Shown piece after piece: positions 28,734 to 38,695 of a stretch of DNA of 64,000 nucleotides; position 1 is the first letter of the stretch, and each line of letters starts with the position of its first letter. The notes under the pieces were generated by a model. It worked only from the letters and a program-made list of their open reading frames with translations, had not been told where the DNA came from and did no database searches. Source of the DNA: Minisyncoccota bacterium (GTDB lineage: Bacteria; Patescibacteriota; Minisyncoccia; Phycocordibacterales; GWA1-40-21); the NCBI GenBank assembly GCA_041659365.1, contig JBAZYH010000002.1, positions 16,065-80,064 of the forward strand. The letters run 5' to 3'. A program made the translations under genes and the position numbers.

Positions 28734-29228
28734 ATGCCAATTACAAAAGGTAAAAAGAAAGAGTTAGTTGAAAAAATAGTAGAAGCTATTAAAGGTTCAA
28801 AATCTGTCGTCTTTGTAAACTTCAGACATTTGATTGTTGCAGATGATATGGCTATGAGAAAAGCTCTTAGAAAAGAAGGTGTCGGATACTTAGTTGTAAG
28901 AAAGACACTTGCTAAGATTGCTTTTAAAGAAGCTGGTGTCGTAGGTGATATGCCTGAAATAGTAGGAGAGCTTGCGATGGTCTATGGTGATGATCTTACA
29001 GCTCCAGCAAGAGAATTGTATTCTTTCCAGAAAAAATATAAAGACAATGTAAAAATTGTTGGAGGTATATTTGAAGGGAAATACATGAGTTTAGAAGAAA
29101 TGGTAGCAATAGCTGCTATTCCTTCACAAAAGACTCTTTATGCTCAGTTCGTTAACCTTATTAATTCTCCAATTTCTAGATTCGCGATTGTGCTTAACCA
29201 GATCGCTCTAAAAAAAGAGACAGTCTAG
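28734..29228 (+). CDS. rplJ: 50S ribosomal protein L10
   Basis: KKKE.V..I, MRKALR...YLVVRKTL; adjacent to rplL. Confidence 0.95.
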   Translation: MPITKGKKKELVEKIVEAIKGSKSVVFVNFRHLIVADDMAMRKALRKEGVGYLVVRKTLAKIAFKEAGVVGDMPEIVGELAMVYGDDLTAPARELYSFQKKYKDNVKIVGGIFEGKYMSLEEMVAIAAIPSQKTLYAQFVNLINSPISRFAIVLNQIALKKETV

Positions 29229-29386
29229 AGTTATAGATTCTCGCCCCGTAGCTAACTTTTCCCTTTAGAAAAGTTATGGTACTGGGGTCACCAATTCAAA
29301 GATTTGCAGTTGTTCTTAGTGAAATCGCTAAAACAAAGACAGTATAGGTTGTTAGGAATTTATTAAAAATTAATCAAATAATTAAA

Positions 29387-29779
29387 ATGGAAGAAACAAA
29401 AGTAGTTATTCCTGCAGAATTTGAAAAAATTATTGCGGAAATAGAAAAAATGTCAGTTATAGATCTTCATGAGCTTGTAAAAACTCTTGAAGCAAGATTC
29501 GGAGTATCAGCAGCGGCTGTTGCTGTTGCTGGTCCCGCTGCTGCAGCAGCTTCAACAGAAGATGAAAAATCATCATTCAAGGTTGAACTTACAGAAGCTG
29601 GAACACAAAAGATTGCTGTTATTAAAGCAGTAAAAGAAGCTCTAGGTCTTGGTCTTAAGGAAGCAAAAGATCTTGTAGATGGAGTACCTTCAATTCTTAA
29701 GGAAGATATGAAGAAGGAAGAAGCTGAGGCTTTGAAGAAAGCTGTTGAGGTAGCAGGTGGTAAGGTTACACTTAAATAA
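29387..29779 (+). CDS. rplL: 50S ribosomal protein L7/L12
   Basis: FGVSAAA hinge, [19 protein letters not shown]. Confidence 0.98.
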   Translation: MEETKVVIPAEFEKIIAEIEKMSVIDLHELVKTLEARFGVSAAAVAVAGPAAAAASTEDEKSSFKVELTEAGTQKIAVIKAVKEALGLGLKEAKDLVDGVPSILKEDMKKEEAEALKKAVEVAGGKVTLK

Positions 29780-29908
29780 TACAAAATAAGTTATATATGT
29801 TCAAAAAGTTGAACTTGTTATAATTTTTTTGTAAAAATACAATATAAGAGTGGTTCGCCTAAGGCGAACCCCTCTTTTATTGTATTTTTAATTGTGTATA
29901 ATACTTGT

Positions 29909-30538
29909 ATGGATGTTTTAAGTATATTATTTGGAGGTGAAGCAAGAGTTAGAATGATGAGATTATTTCTGTTTAATCCAGAAGTAATTTTTGATATTGA
30001 TATGGTTTGTGATAAATCTAAGGTTGACATTAAGACAGTTAAGAAAGAATTTTCTATTTTAGAAAAAGCCGAATTAATAAAAGGAAAAGATTTTTCTAAA
30101 AATGTTCAGAAAAAAGTCAGAGGTAAAATGGAGGAAGTAAAAGTTAAGGCACATGGTTATTATTTAAATCAAGATTTTCCATACATGGTCTCTCTTAGGC
30201 AACTTCTTATAAGCACAAAGACTTTTGAAGGTAGTGAAATCTTAAAAAGGCTTTCTAAAGTTGGAAAGCTAAAGCTCGTTTTAGTTTCTGGTGTCTTTAC
30301 ACAAGATAATGACAGCAGGGTAGATATGCTTGTTGTTGGCAATAATTTAAATAAAACAACTTTAAGTAAAGTAGTAAAGACAATAGAAGCAGAACTCGGG
30401 AAGGAACTCGTTTATGCTTTTTTTGAAACTCCAGATTTTGAATACAGAATGGGTATGTATGATAAGTTAATAAGAGACATTATGGACTATCCTCATCAGC
30501 TTTTATTGAATAAGATAGCCAGTCATCTTTTGGTTTAG
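29909..30538 (+). CDS. conserved hypothetical protein (wHTH-like N-terminus, nucleotidyltransferase-like C-terminus)
   Basis: LFG..ARVR...LF..NP at the N-terminus; SGVF.....VDMLVVG near the C-terminus. Confidence 0.65.
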   Translation: MDVLSILFGGEARVRMMRLFLFNPEVIFDIDMVCDKSKVDIKTVKKEFSILEKAELIKGKDFSKNVQKKVRGKMEEVKVKAHGYYLNQDFPYMVSLRQLLISTKTFEGSEILKRLSKVGKLKLVLVSGVFTQDNDSRVDMLVVGNNLNKTTLSKVVKTIEAELGKELVYAFFETPDFEYRMGMYDKLIRDIMDYPHQLLLNKIASHLLV

Positions 30539-30677
30539 TTGAAATTATCCACAGTCATTTTTTTGGTTTGTTTTTAAATAATATTTAAAATGATATAATG
30601 GTAGGGTAAACAGGTCGTTGATGCTCTCGAAAGGGGCTCAGCTTTTATTAGGGTTATTAATTAATAAATTAAATAAT

Positions 30678-31361
30678 ATGATAGCTACATGGGGTGATGT
30701 CTTATCTGCTTCTTTTAAAAATATATGGTTAGGTGTTGCTGATTTTATTCCAACATTTTTAGCTGCTGTTGTTATTGCAATAGTAGGATGGATTGTTGGA
30801 GCAATATTTTTTAGACTTATATCACAATTGGTTAAACTTGCGAAAGTTGACAGTGCTCTTAGATCAGCAGGGGTAGAAAAGTTTGTTGAAAAAGCAGGCT
30901 TTAAACTTGATGCTGGTGTGTTTCTTGGTGCTTTAGTAAAATGGTTTTTCATAATCGTATTTCTAGTAGCATCTCTCGATGTATTAGGTTTAAAACAAGT
31001 TACAGCTTTTCTTAAAGATGTTGTTCTTGGATACCTACCACAAGTTATAGTAGCAGTTCTTATTGTTCTTGTTGCTGCAATTGTTGCAGAAGCAATGCAG
31101 AAGCTTGTTGTTGGTACAGCAAAGGCTGCAAACATGAAGTCAGCAAACTTTGCTGGTACAGTTACAAAGTGGTCAATATGGATTTTTGCAATACTTGCTG
31201 CAATAATGCAACTTGGTATCGCAGTTACATTTATTAATACACTTTTCACAGGTGTAATAATCGCAGTTTCACTTGCTCTTGGTTTAGCATTTGGTCTTGG
31301 TGGTCAAGATGCAGCAGCTAGATATATAGAGAAGATGAAAGGGGATATCTCAGATAGATAA
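30678..31361 (+). CDS. conserved TM-helix repeat membrane protein (CmpX/MscS-associated family)
   Basis: Repeated (F/Y)(I/L)P...A hydrophobic units; C-terminal LALGLAFGLGG. Confidence 0.8.
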   Translation: MIATWGDVLSASFKNIWLGVADFIPTFLAAVVIAIVGWIVGAIFFRLISQLVKLAKVDSALRSAGVEKFVEKAGFKLDAGVFLGALVKWFFIIVFLVASLDVLGLKQVTAFLKDVVLGYLPQVIVAVLIVLVAAIVAEAMQKLVVGTAKAANMKSANFAGTVTKWSIWIFAILAAIMQLGIAVTFINTLFTGVIIAVSLALGLAFGLGGQDAAARYIEKMKGDISDR

Positions 31362-31713
31362 GCTTCATAAAATAAAAAAACCACCAGTAATCTAGGTGGT
31401 TTTTTTATTTTCTTAAAATGAAGCTTATCCCGTAATAATTTACAGATATTTTTATAATAAAGTTTAAAACAATATAGAAGTATTTTTTGAAAAGATAAAA
31501 CACGTTGGCGAATAGCCAATACCTCTTTTTACTAAGTGTTTTATATGTATAAAATAGGTAAAATTGTTACTGGGATTGTTAGAAGGTTCATAAGTTAAAA
31601 ATTAATAAAAGCCAATTTTACTTAGTAAAATTGGCTTTTATGTTGTATAAAATTATATTCAACATTCTTGGATTTTTCCTTGTTGACTTGTTTTAAAGTA
31701 GTATAATTAAAGT

Positions 31714-31870
31714 AGGGTTATTAGAAAGTATTATCCGATTAATATTTTTTCAGGGAGACTAACTCTTGTTACACCTTGGTGTATCATCGAGGTCACCCAC
31801 CTAGATTTATCTAGGGTAATACTTATCCAGTAATCCTTATAGAACATCCGCCTTTCAAGGCGGATTTTCT
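31714..31870 (+). ncRNA. candidate 6S RNA
   Basis: TATAAT at 31702; long closing stem (AGGGTTATT..AAGTATTATCC pairing with GGGTAATACTT..AGTAATCCT), central bubble, apical stem, terminator at 31844-31870. Confidence 0.45.
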
Positions 31871-32050
31871 ATTTTGTAAAGTTTCCGTGATTGGTTTTGA
31901 AATGATATAATTAATCCGTTAAAGTTTTTGCTGATGTGTTGAAAATGAGAAACAAATAGGTATACATTTTTTTAGATATATCTTGATAGCAAGTTTTGTG
32001 ACTATTTAACACCAACACATTTTTATCAGTAAAAATTTTCTCGGATAAAT

Positions 32051-32497
32051 ATGTTTAAACAGAAAATTTTCATTGCTTCTTTTGTGACTTTAATTATTGT
32101 AGCTAGTTTAAATTATTTTGGAGGTAAATTTTATTGGTACTGGACTTACAAATGGTTTGATATACCAATGCATATGCTTGGGGGATTATGGATCTCGCTT
32201 TTTTCTTTGTCCTTATATGCTTTTTTTTATAAAAAGCTTTCCATATTAAATTATCGTATGAACGTTTTAGGTATCGTTGCTTTTGCCGTCCTCTCTATAG
32301 GGGTATCGTGGGAACTATTTGAACTCTTAGGTGGAATAACATCTTTACATGATGGTACTAGCTATTGGATAGATACCATAAGCGATATTATGAATGATTC
32401 TATCGGCGGTTTGGTTGGTTACTTCTTCTTTATTAAGAATCGAAAATGTGAGAGTGTTTTGTCTTGTGAGACTGTTAATAATAATCAAATAAAATAA
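32051..32497 (+). CDS. VanZ-like/DUF2238-like membrane protein
   Basis: WFDIPMHMLGG, WELFE, DTISDI..D.IGG. Confidence 0.7.
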   Translation: MFKQKIFIASFVTLIIVASLNYFGGKFYWYWTYKWFDIPMHMLGGLWISLFSLSLYAFFYKKLSILNYRMNVLGIVAFAVLSIGVSWELFELLGGITSLHDGTSYWIDTISDIMNDSIGGLVGYFFFIKNRKCESVLSCETVNNNQIK

Positions 32498-32498
32498 T

Positions 32499-33872
32499 AT
32501 GAAACTTACTTTTTATGGAGGGACGGGTTCTGTTACTGGAGCAAACTTTTTACTTGAACATACAAGTAGGGAAGGTAAAAATATAAAGATACTTATAGAC
32601 TGTGGTCTTATGCAGGGTACAAAAATAGCAGATAGTTTCAATAGAGATCCTTTCCCATATAATCCAGAAGAAGTAGATTTTTTAATTGTTACCCATGCCC
32701 ACATAGATCATATTGGTAGAATCCCCAAGTTAGTCAAAGATGGTTTCAAGGGACGAATAATCAGTACTCCACCAACTAAGGATATTGCGGAGTATCTTCT
32801 TGAGGACACTTTAAAAATACTTGATAGTGAATCTAGAAAGAATGGTGTATTACCAATCTTTGAAAAGGAAGATGTTCTAAAAACTTTTACTTTATGGGAA
32901 ACATTAGAATATCATAAAGATTTTTCTATTTTTGATGATATAAGTATTTTTTTGAAAGACTCTGGACACATACTTGGTGCTTCTATTATAGAAATGAAGT
33001 ATGGTGATAAAAAAGTTGCTTTTACAGGAGATCTTGGTAATTCACCCTCCTTACTTTTGAGGGATACAGAGTTTATAGAAGGAGCTGATTATATAATAAT
33101 GGAGAGTGTTTATGGTGACAGAAATCATGAACCAAAAGAGAAAAGAAGACTACAACTCAAAGAGGCTATTTTAGATACAATAAAAAATAAAAAGATTTTG
33201 ATTATTCCAGCTTTCTCCCTTGAGAGAAGTCAGATGATTATTTATGAGATGAATGATTTATTTGAGAAAGAAGGTCTACAACAAATACCTGTTTTTCTTG
33301 ATTCACCGCTTGCTTCAAAAATTACCGGTATTTATAAAAAATACACATCTTATTTGAAGGATTCTGTTCAGGAAGAAATAAAGGCAGGGGACGATGTATT
33401 TTCTTTTCCTAGACTTAAATTTACTGTTTTGGCTGAAGAGTCTGAGAAGATTTCAATGATGCCGAATCCCAAAATAGTTATAGCAGGTTCAGGAATGTCT
33501 AATGGTGGTAGAATAATTCACCATGAAAAAGCACATGTCTCAGATAATAGGGCAACAATACTCCTTGTTGGGTATCAGGCTATTGGTACACTTGGAAGGC
33601 AACTTGAGGAGGGTGCAAAAACAGTAAGAATATATGGTGAAGAGATACCTGTAAAAGCCAAGATTTCAAAAATAAGTGGATATTCTTCACACAAAGATTC
33701 TGATAACTTAGTTTCTTTTATAGAAAAGGCTACTGAGACAAGTAATATTAAAAAAATATTTACTGTTATGGGTGAACCCAAAGCTTCTCTATTTCTTGTA
33801 CAAAGACTCAGGGATGAATTGGATGTTAAAGCAGAGTATCCAGAGTATGGGAGCTCAATTGAGTTGTCATAG
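32499..33872 (+). CDS. beta-CASP metallo-beta-lactamase family ribonuclease
   Basis: VTGAN, THAHIDHIG, GHILG, FTGDLG, MESVYG, SGYSSH.D. Confidence 0.92.
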   Translation: MKLTFYGGTGSVTGANFLLEHTSREGKNIKILIDCGLMQGTKIADSFNRDPFPYNPEEVDFLIVTHAHIDHIGRIPKLVKDGFKGRIISTPPTKDIAEYLLEDTLKILDSESRKNGVLPIFEKEDVLKTFTLWETLEYHKDFSIFDDISIFLKDSGHILGASIIEMKYGDKKVAFTGDLGNSPSLLLRDTEFIEGADYIIMESVYGDRNHEPKEKRRLQLKEAILDTIKNKKILIIPAFSLERSQMIIYEMNDLFEKEGLQQIPVFLDSPLASKITGIYKKYTSYLKDSVQEEIKAGDDVFSFPRLKFTVLAEESEKISMMPNPKIVIAGSGMSNGGRIIHHEKAHVSDNRATILLVGYQAIGTLGRQLEEGAKTVRIYGEEIPVKAKISKISGYSSHKDSDNLVSFIEKATETSNIKKIFTVMGEPKASLFLVQRLRDELDVKAEYPEYGSSIELS

Positions 33873-33965
33873 ATGTTATAGTTGTTTTATTTGTTGTAAA
33901 TGTAAATACAATAAACTAAAAAGGATTTTCACGAAGTGAAAATCCTTTTGTATTATTCCAGGTAT

Positions 33966-34184
33966 GTCATTGCGAGGTAATCCGTCGCAATCCAGGTTAA
34001 ATTTGTATTGTCATTCCCGCGTAAGCGGGAATCCAGGATTTGTATGGGTATTGTCTTTGTGAATGTGTAATCACCTGTGGCAATCCATGTTAATTAATTT
34101 AAAATAGATACAAACCTGGATTGCGACCACGTAAAAATGATTACATTCACGTGGCACAGCGTCGGATTACCTTCTCGCAATGAC
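33966..34184. repeat. cluster of family-1 repeats, including a GTCATTCCCGC..GCGGGAATCC variant
   Basis: Copies at 33966-33998 (+), 34010-34037 (+), 34053-34091 (+, degenerate) and 34113-34184 (-, with an internal insertion). Confidence 0.85.
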
Positions 34185-34243
34185 AAAAAATATAAATTAA
34201 TAAATAACAAATAATAAAAAAACCGCTTAGAGCGGTTTTTTTA

Positions 34244-34588
34244 TTATTTAGCTTTTTCTACGATTTTCTTGAAAACTTCTGGATTGTCATTTGCTAGTAT
34301 AGAAAGTATTTTTCTGTCGATTTCTATATTTTGTTTCTTTAGGCTACCCATGAATTTGCTGAATGTAGTGCCGTTATCTCTTAGGGAAGCGTTTATTCTT
34401 ACATTCCATAATCTTCTTGCATCTCCCTTTTTATCTCTTCTGTGAGCAAAAGCGCTTGCACCAGCATGCATTATTGCAGTGATTGCTTCAGCTTCCTTGC
34501 TCTTTCTGTTTAAACGATAACCTTTGGTCATCTTTAAAACATTTTTTCTTGTTTTATTTTTGGTTGTACCTCTTTTAACTCTTGTCAT
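34244..34588 (-). CDS. rplT: 50S ribosomal protein L20
   Basis: MTRVKRG, RRLWNVRINA, IDRKILS.LA. Confidence 0.97.
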   Translation of the reverse strand: MTRVKRGTTKNKTRKNVLKMTKGYRLNRKSKEAEAITAIMHAGASAFAHRRDKKGDARRLWNVRINASLRDNGTTFSKFMGSLKKQNIEIDRKILSILANDNPEVFKKIVEKAK

Positions 34589-34623
34589 TGTATTATTTTA
34601 CTTATTTATAAATTATTCTGTAT

Positions 34624-34812
34624 TTAAAACATTCCTGGAAGGAATCTTGCTTTTACTTTGTTACTAAAGTGGAATGCCATGGATCTCTTTTTGTTTTGCT
34701 TTTGACTACCGCTTTCTTTTGCATTGAAGTGGTTTTGACCAGCTTTTCTACCGATGATTTTACCGTTTTTGGTTACTTTCAATCTTTTTGTAAATGATTT
34801 ATTTGTTTTCAT
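34624..34812 (-). CDS. rpmI: 50S ribosomal protein L35
   Basis: MKTNKS..KR.KVTKNGK; lies between infC and rplT. Confidence 0.92.
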   Translation of the reverse strand: MKTNKSFTKRLKVTKNGKIIGRKAGQNHFNAKESGSQKQNKKRSMAFHFSNKVKARFLPGMF

Positions 34813-34828
34813 TTTATTAATAAATTAA

Positions 34829-35350
34829 TTATGCTTTTTTATTCAATCTCTCTATAACTGTGGTTAAACCTTTTGGACCCCTTTGTGGTGCTTCCGCAAT
34901 TTTATATTCCTCGGTTACTAGTTTAAACATTCTTTCTAATCTTTCTTGTAGAAAGTTGTTATTTAGATATTTTGCTCTACCAGTAAGGAAAAGGTTAAGT
35001 TTAACTCTATGACCTTCTTTTAACCACTCGGAAGCTTTCTTTGCTTTGAGTTCTAAATCGTGGTCATCTGTACCTATTTTGACTTGAATACTCTTTACTT
35101 CGATGTTTTGTATCTTCGATTTGGAGTCTTTCAATTTCTTCTTTTCAGTGTATTGAAATTTACCATAATCCATTATTTTTGCAACTGGTGGAATAGCGTT
35201 TGGTGATATTTCTATCAAATCCAAACCCATCTCTTGTGCTTTCTTCAAAGCGTCGCTTGTGGACATTACTCCCAAGTTTTGGCCATCATCTGTGATGACT
35301 CTAAGCTCGGCGACTCTTATTTGATGATTTATTCTTACTCTAATATTCAA
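34829..35350 (-). CDS. infC: translation initiation factor IF-3 (non-ATG start)
   Basis: INHQIR..ELRVI, LDLIEISPNA.PPVAKIMDYGKFQY; no ATG at the 5' end (TTG, ATT or ATA candidates), as is usual for infC. Confidence 0.97.
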   Translation of the reverse strand: MNIRVRINHQIRVAELRVITDDGQNLGVMSTSDALKKAQEMGLDLIEISPNAIPPVAKIMDYGKFQYTEKKKLKDSKSKIQNIEVKSIQVKIGTDDHDLELKAKKASEWLKEGHRVKLNLFLTGRAKYLNNNFLQERLERMFKLVTEEYKIAEAPQRGPKGLTTVIERLNKKA

Positions 35351-35380
35351 GGTGTTTAAATAATGATTTATGAGTCTTAT

Positions 35381-36007
35381 TTATAGCATATTTTCTTTTT
35401 TATGGCAACAAAAGATTGATGTCAATATGTAACATATTGAGCCAAGTAAGATACCACCTAAGACATCTGAAATCCAATGGACAGAAAGATAAACTCTACT
35501 TATTGCAACTAGTGGAAATATTATAGAAGTGCAGGTAATAAAAGTTATTTTAGAAAAATTATTCTTTATATGTGGTGATATTATAAAAATCGAAGAAAAG
35601 AAGAAAACCGTCGATATAGTGGCGTGACCGCTAGGGAAGCTATAACCAGTCTCTATTAGTATGTTGCTTATAGGGCGTGCTCTTTCTATGAGATTTTTGA
35701 GTAATTCTGGTAGTAATGTTCCTAGAGCGGTGACTATTGTAAAGAAATAAAAAGGATATTTTCTTCTTTTTGATATTATAAAGAATGCAAAAACTATAAA
35801 AATTAAGAGAGATTCATAAGTATTTCCTATTTTAGTGACTGAGAGCATTGTTTGGTCTAGAAGAGGAGAGTGGAGTGTACTCGAGAAAGTTTGTGCACTT
35901 TTATCAAAAGATAATAGTGGTTTGTAGTTTATTGTTACACTAAATATTAATAAGACAAAAAATATTAGACAGATAATTAAAATTAGTTTTTTATTTTTGA
36001 GAGACAT
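35381..36007 (-). CDS. PAP2 family phosphatase
   Basis: K..I.RARP, SFPSGHA, SRVYLSVHW.SDV.GG. Confidence 0.92.
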   Translation of the reverse strand: MSLKNKKLILIICLIFFVLLIFSVTINYKPLLSFDKSAQTFSSTLHSPLLDQTMLSVTKIGNTYESLLIFIVFAFFIISKRRKYPFYFFTIVTALGTLLPELLKNLIERARPISNILIETGYSFPSGHATISTVFFFSSIFIISPHIKNNFSKITFITCTSIIFPLVAISRVYLSVHWISDVLGGILLGSICYILTSIFCCHKKENML

Positions 36008-36080
36008 GGAGGTATTTTAACATAAATCTAATATAGATTATAAAGAAAAACCCACTAGAGCAGGTTTTTCTGTTGGTGGG

Positions 36081-36230
36081 TTAAGGATAATAGTTTCCAT
36101 GATGTATTGGTCCAACATGACGTTCACGTGGCTTTTTGGGTTGTAGCCGACCAAAGTTTTTTTTGCTTTCCAAAAAACTTTGTATTGCCTGAAGTATGCG
36201 TTTTTTCAGTGGAGACATTTTCTTTTCCAT
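36081..36230 (-). CDS. small basic protein, 49 aa (missing from the ORF track); paralog of 36334-36483
   Basis: MEKKMSPLKKRILQAIQSFLESKK...; AAAGGAG Shine-Dalgarno upstream. Confidence 0.65.
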   Translation of the reverse strand: MEKKMSPLKKRILQAIQSFLESKKNFGRLQPKKPRERHVGPIHHGNYYP

Positions 36231-36333
36231 TTAAGAACTCCTTTCTGTAAAAATAGTATCAAAAGATATTAAAAATAGTATTAAAATAAAAAAACCCACC
36301 AACAAAAACGGTAGGTTTTTCTTACTTAGTGGG

Positions 36334-36483
36334 TTAATAAACATTCTTGTTACGTCTGTTAGTCACAGGACGTCTACGTGAAGATCTGGGAAAAGGTTCG
36401 TCAGGAAGCTTCTTGCTTTCCTGATAACTTTTTATTGCCGCCATTGTTTCTTTTCTTAATGGTGATAACTTCGGCTTTTTCAT
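36334..36483 (-). CDS. small basic protein, 49 aa
   Basis: MKKPKLSPLRKETMAAIKSYQESKK...; AAAGGA upstream. Confidence 0.65.
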   Translation of the reverse strand: MKKPKLSPLRKETMAAIKSYQESKKLPDEPFPRSSRRRPVTNRRNKNVY

Positions 36484-36596
36484 TGCGGATTCCTTTCTGT
36501 AAAATACAATAGCACCTGAAGGGGTAGAAGACAAGAAAAAAAATACGGCGTGTCACAAAATTCGTGACACGTCGTTTATTTTTTATTGTTATCTTC

Positions 36597-38015
36597 TTAC
36601 TTCGTCAGTATTGCCGTCCCTGTTTTGTTTTTGTAGTAGGTATATGAAAGGTTGACTGTCCTGTTGAAACAATCTGCCGGAGGGATTTCGCCAGTAGACG
36701 GATCAACTGTGTCACTTGAAAAAACAAAAGTCATATTGATTGAGAGTTTTGTCTTGACCATGGGGTTTGTTAATCCATAGTTGGCTAAGGCTTCAGCAAA
36801 TACACATTTAGGATAGGTTATTGACCATTTCCCTAGTTTTGCTGAACCAGCCGCTCTCTCAGATATTTTAAAAACACTGCTGTTGTTTGTATTCAAAGAT
36901 GAGATATCTGTAACCCCATCGAGAAACACACGTGCCGAAGTGAACTTAATATCCTTTGGAACAAGTACCGATCCGGAGAAGCTGATATAGTCGCTGTTTG
37001 TCTTGGCGAAGTTCAGCTTAACGGAAGTACTTGTAAGTTCAAAGAACATCGATTCGGGACACCATGTTGGCCAACAAGAGAAGTAGGGGTTTGAAGACAC
37101 CCCGTTGACTACTTCTTGAATACCCAGAACTTCTCCGTTTTCGTTTATATCGGCAGAAAAGATCCGGTACATCACCTGATAAGTACCGTCGTAATACGAT
37201 CCGGTATACTCGTAAGTGGTGTACAAAATCTTTGTTCCTTCCGGGTTTACGAAAGCTTCTTTCGCGTCACCCAGCTGGCTGAGAAGTTTTGCTTCTTGAC
37301 CAGGAACTAGATAATACGCTCCGCTGTAACTCGAAACGACGAAGCGACTATCATAGCTCATTGAAAGCCGATTGGCAGATATATACAATGATTTATCGGC
37401 CGAATATGGAACTGGACTAGGCACAACACCGTGATTTTGAGGGGTTCGGATGTAGATATGAATACCGTTATATCCGTTGATTGCCGAATATCCGATATCC
37501 TTATTTTCCTTTGTTAAACCCCAACAAGCATATCCATCGGCTGATAGAGCAAGACCATAACCTGGCCCAACTCGTCCACTTGAAGAATAGCTTAGTCGAG
37601 AACTTCCAGTACGATTTGACTGATAGAATGTACCCGTGTGAAAGGCAGATACTATCGGCATTTCGTCATTGGAGGAACCATAAGGATCCCGCGTTGTTTG
37701 TTGTGTTGTGTATCCGCCCATCCATTTGCTATAGAATAACCTTTGGCCGTGAGACCCGCTTGTCTCCGTTTTGTCGTACCACAGGTATTTTCCATTTACG
37801 AACGGATGGCCAAAGTTGATCTTTTGGCTTGCCAGCTGAGTAGCTAACACAATTTTTGTACCGGGGTTGTAAGAGTCTGCTCTGTAGAGAGCATTCCCGT
37901 CAGTAAAGACGATCCAGTGATCTTCTGCTTTACCGATAGTGGCGATCATAACGAACGCACACACACATAGAGCAATGATAGCTTTGATAGCTTTCATTTT
38001 TTTGTCCTTGGGCAA
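36597..38015 (-). CDS. secreted hypothetical protein, possibly beta-propeller (TolB-like) plus a C-terminal beta domain
   Basis: Signal-peptide-like N-terminus; Y/S/G-rich; NPEGTKILY and WPTW resemble PD40-type blades (tentative). Start may be 37997. Confidence 0.6.
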   Translation of the reverse strand: MPKDKKMKAIKAIIALCVCAFVMIATIGKAEDHWIVFTDGNALYRADSYNPGTKIVLATQLASQKINFGHPFVNGKYLWYDKTETSGSHGQRLFYSKWMGGYTTQQTTRDPYGSSNDEMPIVSAFHTGTFYQSNRTGSSRLSYSSSGRVGPGYGLALSADGYACWGLTKENKDIGYSAINGYNGIHIYIRTPQNHGVVPSPVPYSADKSLYISANRLSMSYDSRFVVSSYSGAYYLVPGQEAKLLSQLGDAKEAFVNPEGTKILYTTYEYTGSYYDGTYQVMYRIFSADINENGEVLGIQEVVNGVSSNPYFSCWPTWCPESMFFELTSTSVKLNFAKTNSDYISFSGSVLVPKDIKFTSARVFLDGVTDISSLNTNNSSVFKISERAAGSAKLGKWSITYPKCVFAEALANYGLTNPMVKTKLSINMTFVFSSDTVDPSTGEIPPADCFNRTVNLSYTYYKNKTGTAILTK

Positions 38016-38299
38016 ATGCCCCGTTTTGTTTTTTTTGACATCTAATCCGAAGACTAGAGCATGACAGAATAGTCATAGCCAAAATATATCAATATTTTTA
38101 ATATTTTTTGGCTATGACTATTACTTTAAAAGTAAGATTTAATTATAAAAGAACACTCCATATTATTGGGAGTACACTATTTATACTGTATGCTTGAAAA
38201 AATGGTTGTCAATGGTATTGAGTGGAGAGGTGTTTTTAAAAGTAAAGATAAAAGAAAAACCCACCAAAGAAAAATGGTGGGTTTTTCTTTGGTGGGTGA

Positions 38300-38695
38300 C
38301 TACCTGAGACGAATCCCAGATTCACGCACCGCGCGGGTGAGGGACTTCTCGATGAGGCGGGGGAGCTTCTTGAGAAGTTTGTCGAGATGCGTCACTGCTT
38401 CGTCAAAAATCAACTGGCATTGAGGGTTAAGTTTTTCTGGGTCTTCCTCAGAAAGATTATTGATTCTCACGAGACATTCCCATACCTTCTGAAGTTCTTT
38501 GATATCCTTTTCAGAACCAAAAGACTGACGAAGGAAACGGTGACTTCTTTTTACACACATGCGGGGTATGCTGAGGCGTCCCCTATAGTGTAAATGAGGT
38601 GGTTCGGACTTTTCGTCCAAAATCATCGTTTTTAAACTGCGAACCGAACTCATGACACGGTCACGATACTCGTCCGCCATTTTTTTGATATCCAT
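38300..38695 (-). CDS. hypothetical helical protein
   Basis: Start MDIKK preceded by AAAGGAG and a TTGACA-17-TACTAT promoter. Confidence 0.6.
   Translation of the reverse strand: MDIKKMADEYRDRVMSSVRSLKTMILDEKSEPPHLHYRGRLSIPRMCVKRSHRFLRQSFGSEKDIKELQKVWECLVRINNLSEEDPEKLNPQCQLIFDEAVTHLDKLLKKLPRLIEKSLTRAVRESGIRLR

Noticed and set aside
30546-30554. DnaA box TTATCCACA (with TCCACAG at about 753 and 63553) as oriC
   Set aside because: Only one perfect box, no cluster and no dnaA/dnaN nearby; at most promoter-proximal sites.
20787-31249. Antisense or alternate-frame ORFs over fusA, tuf, rplD, rplL and the TM-helix gene
   Set aside because: Shadow ORFs of conserved genes.
9679-34184. Repeats as a CRISPR array
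   Set aside because: Copies are dispersed, in both orientations, without regular spacers; no cas genes in the window.
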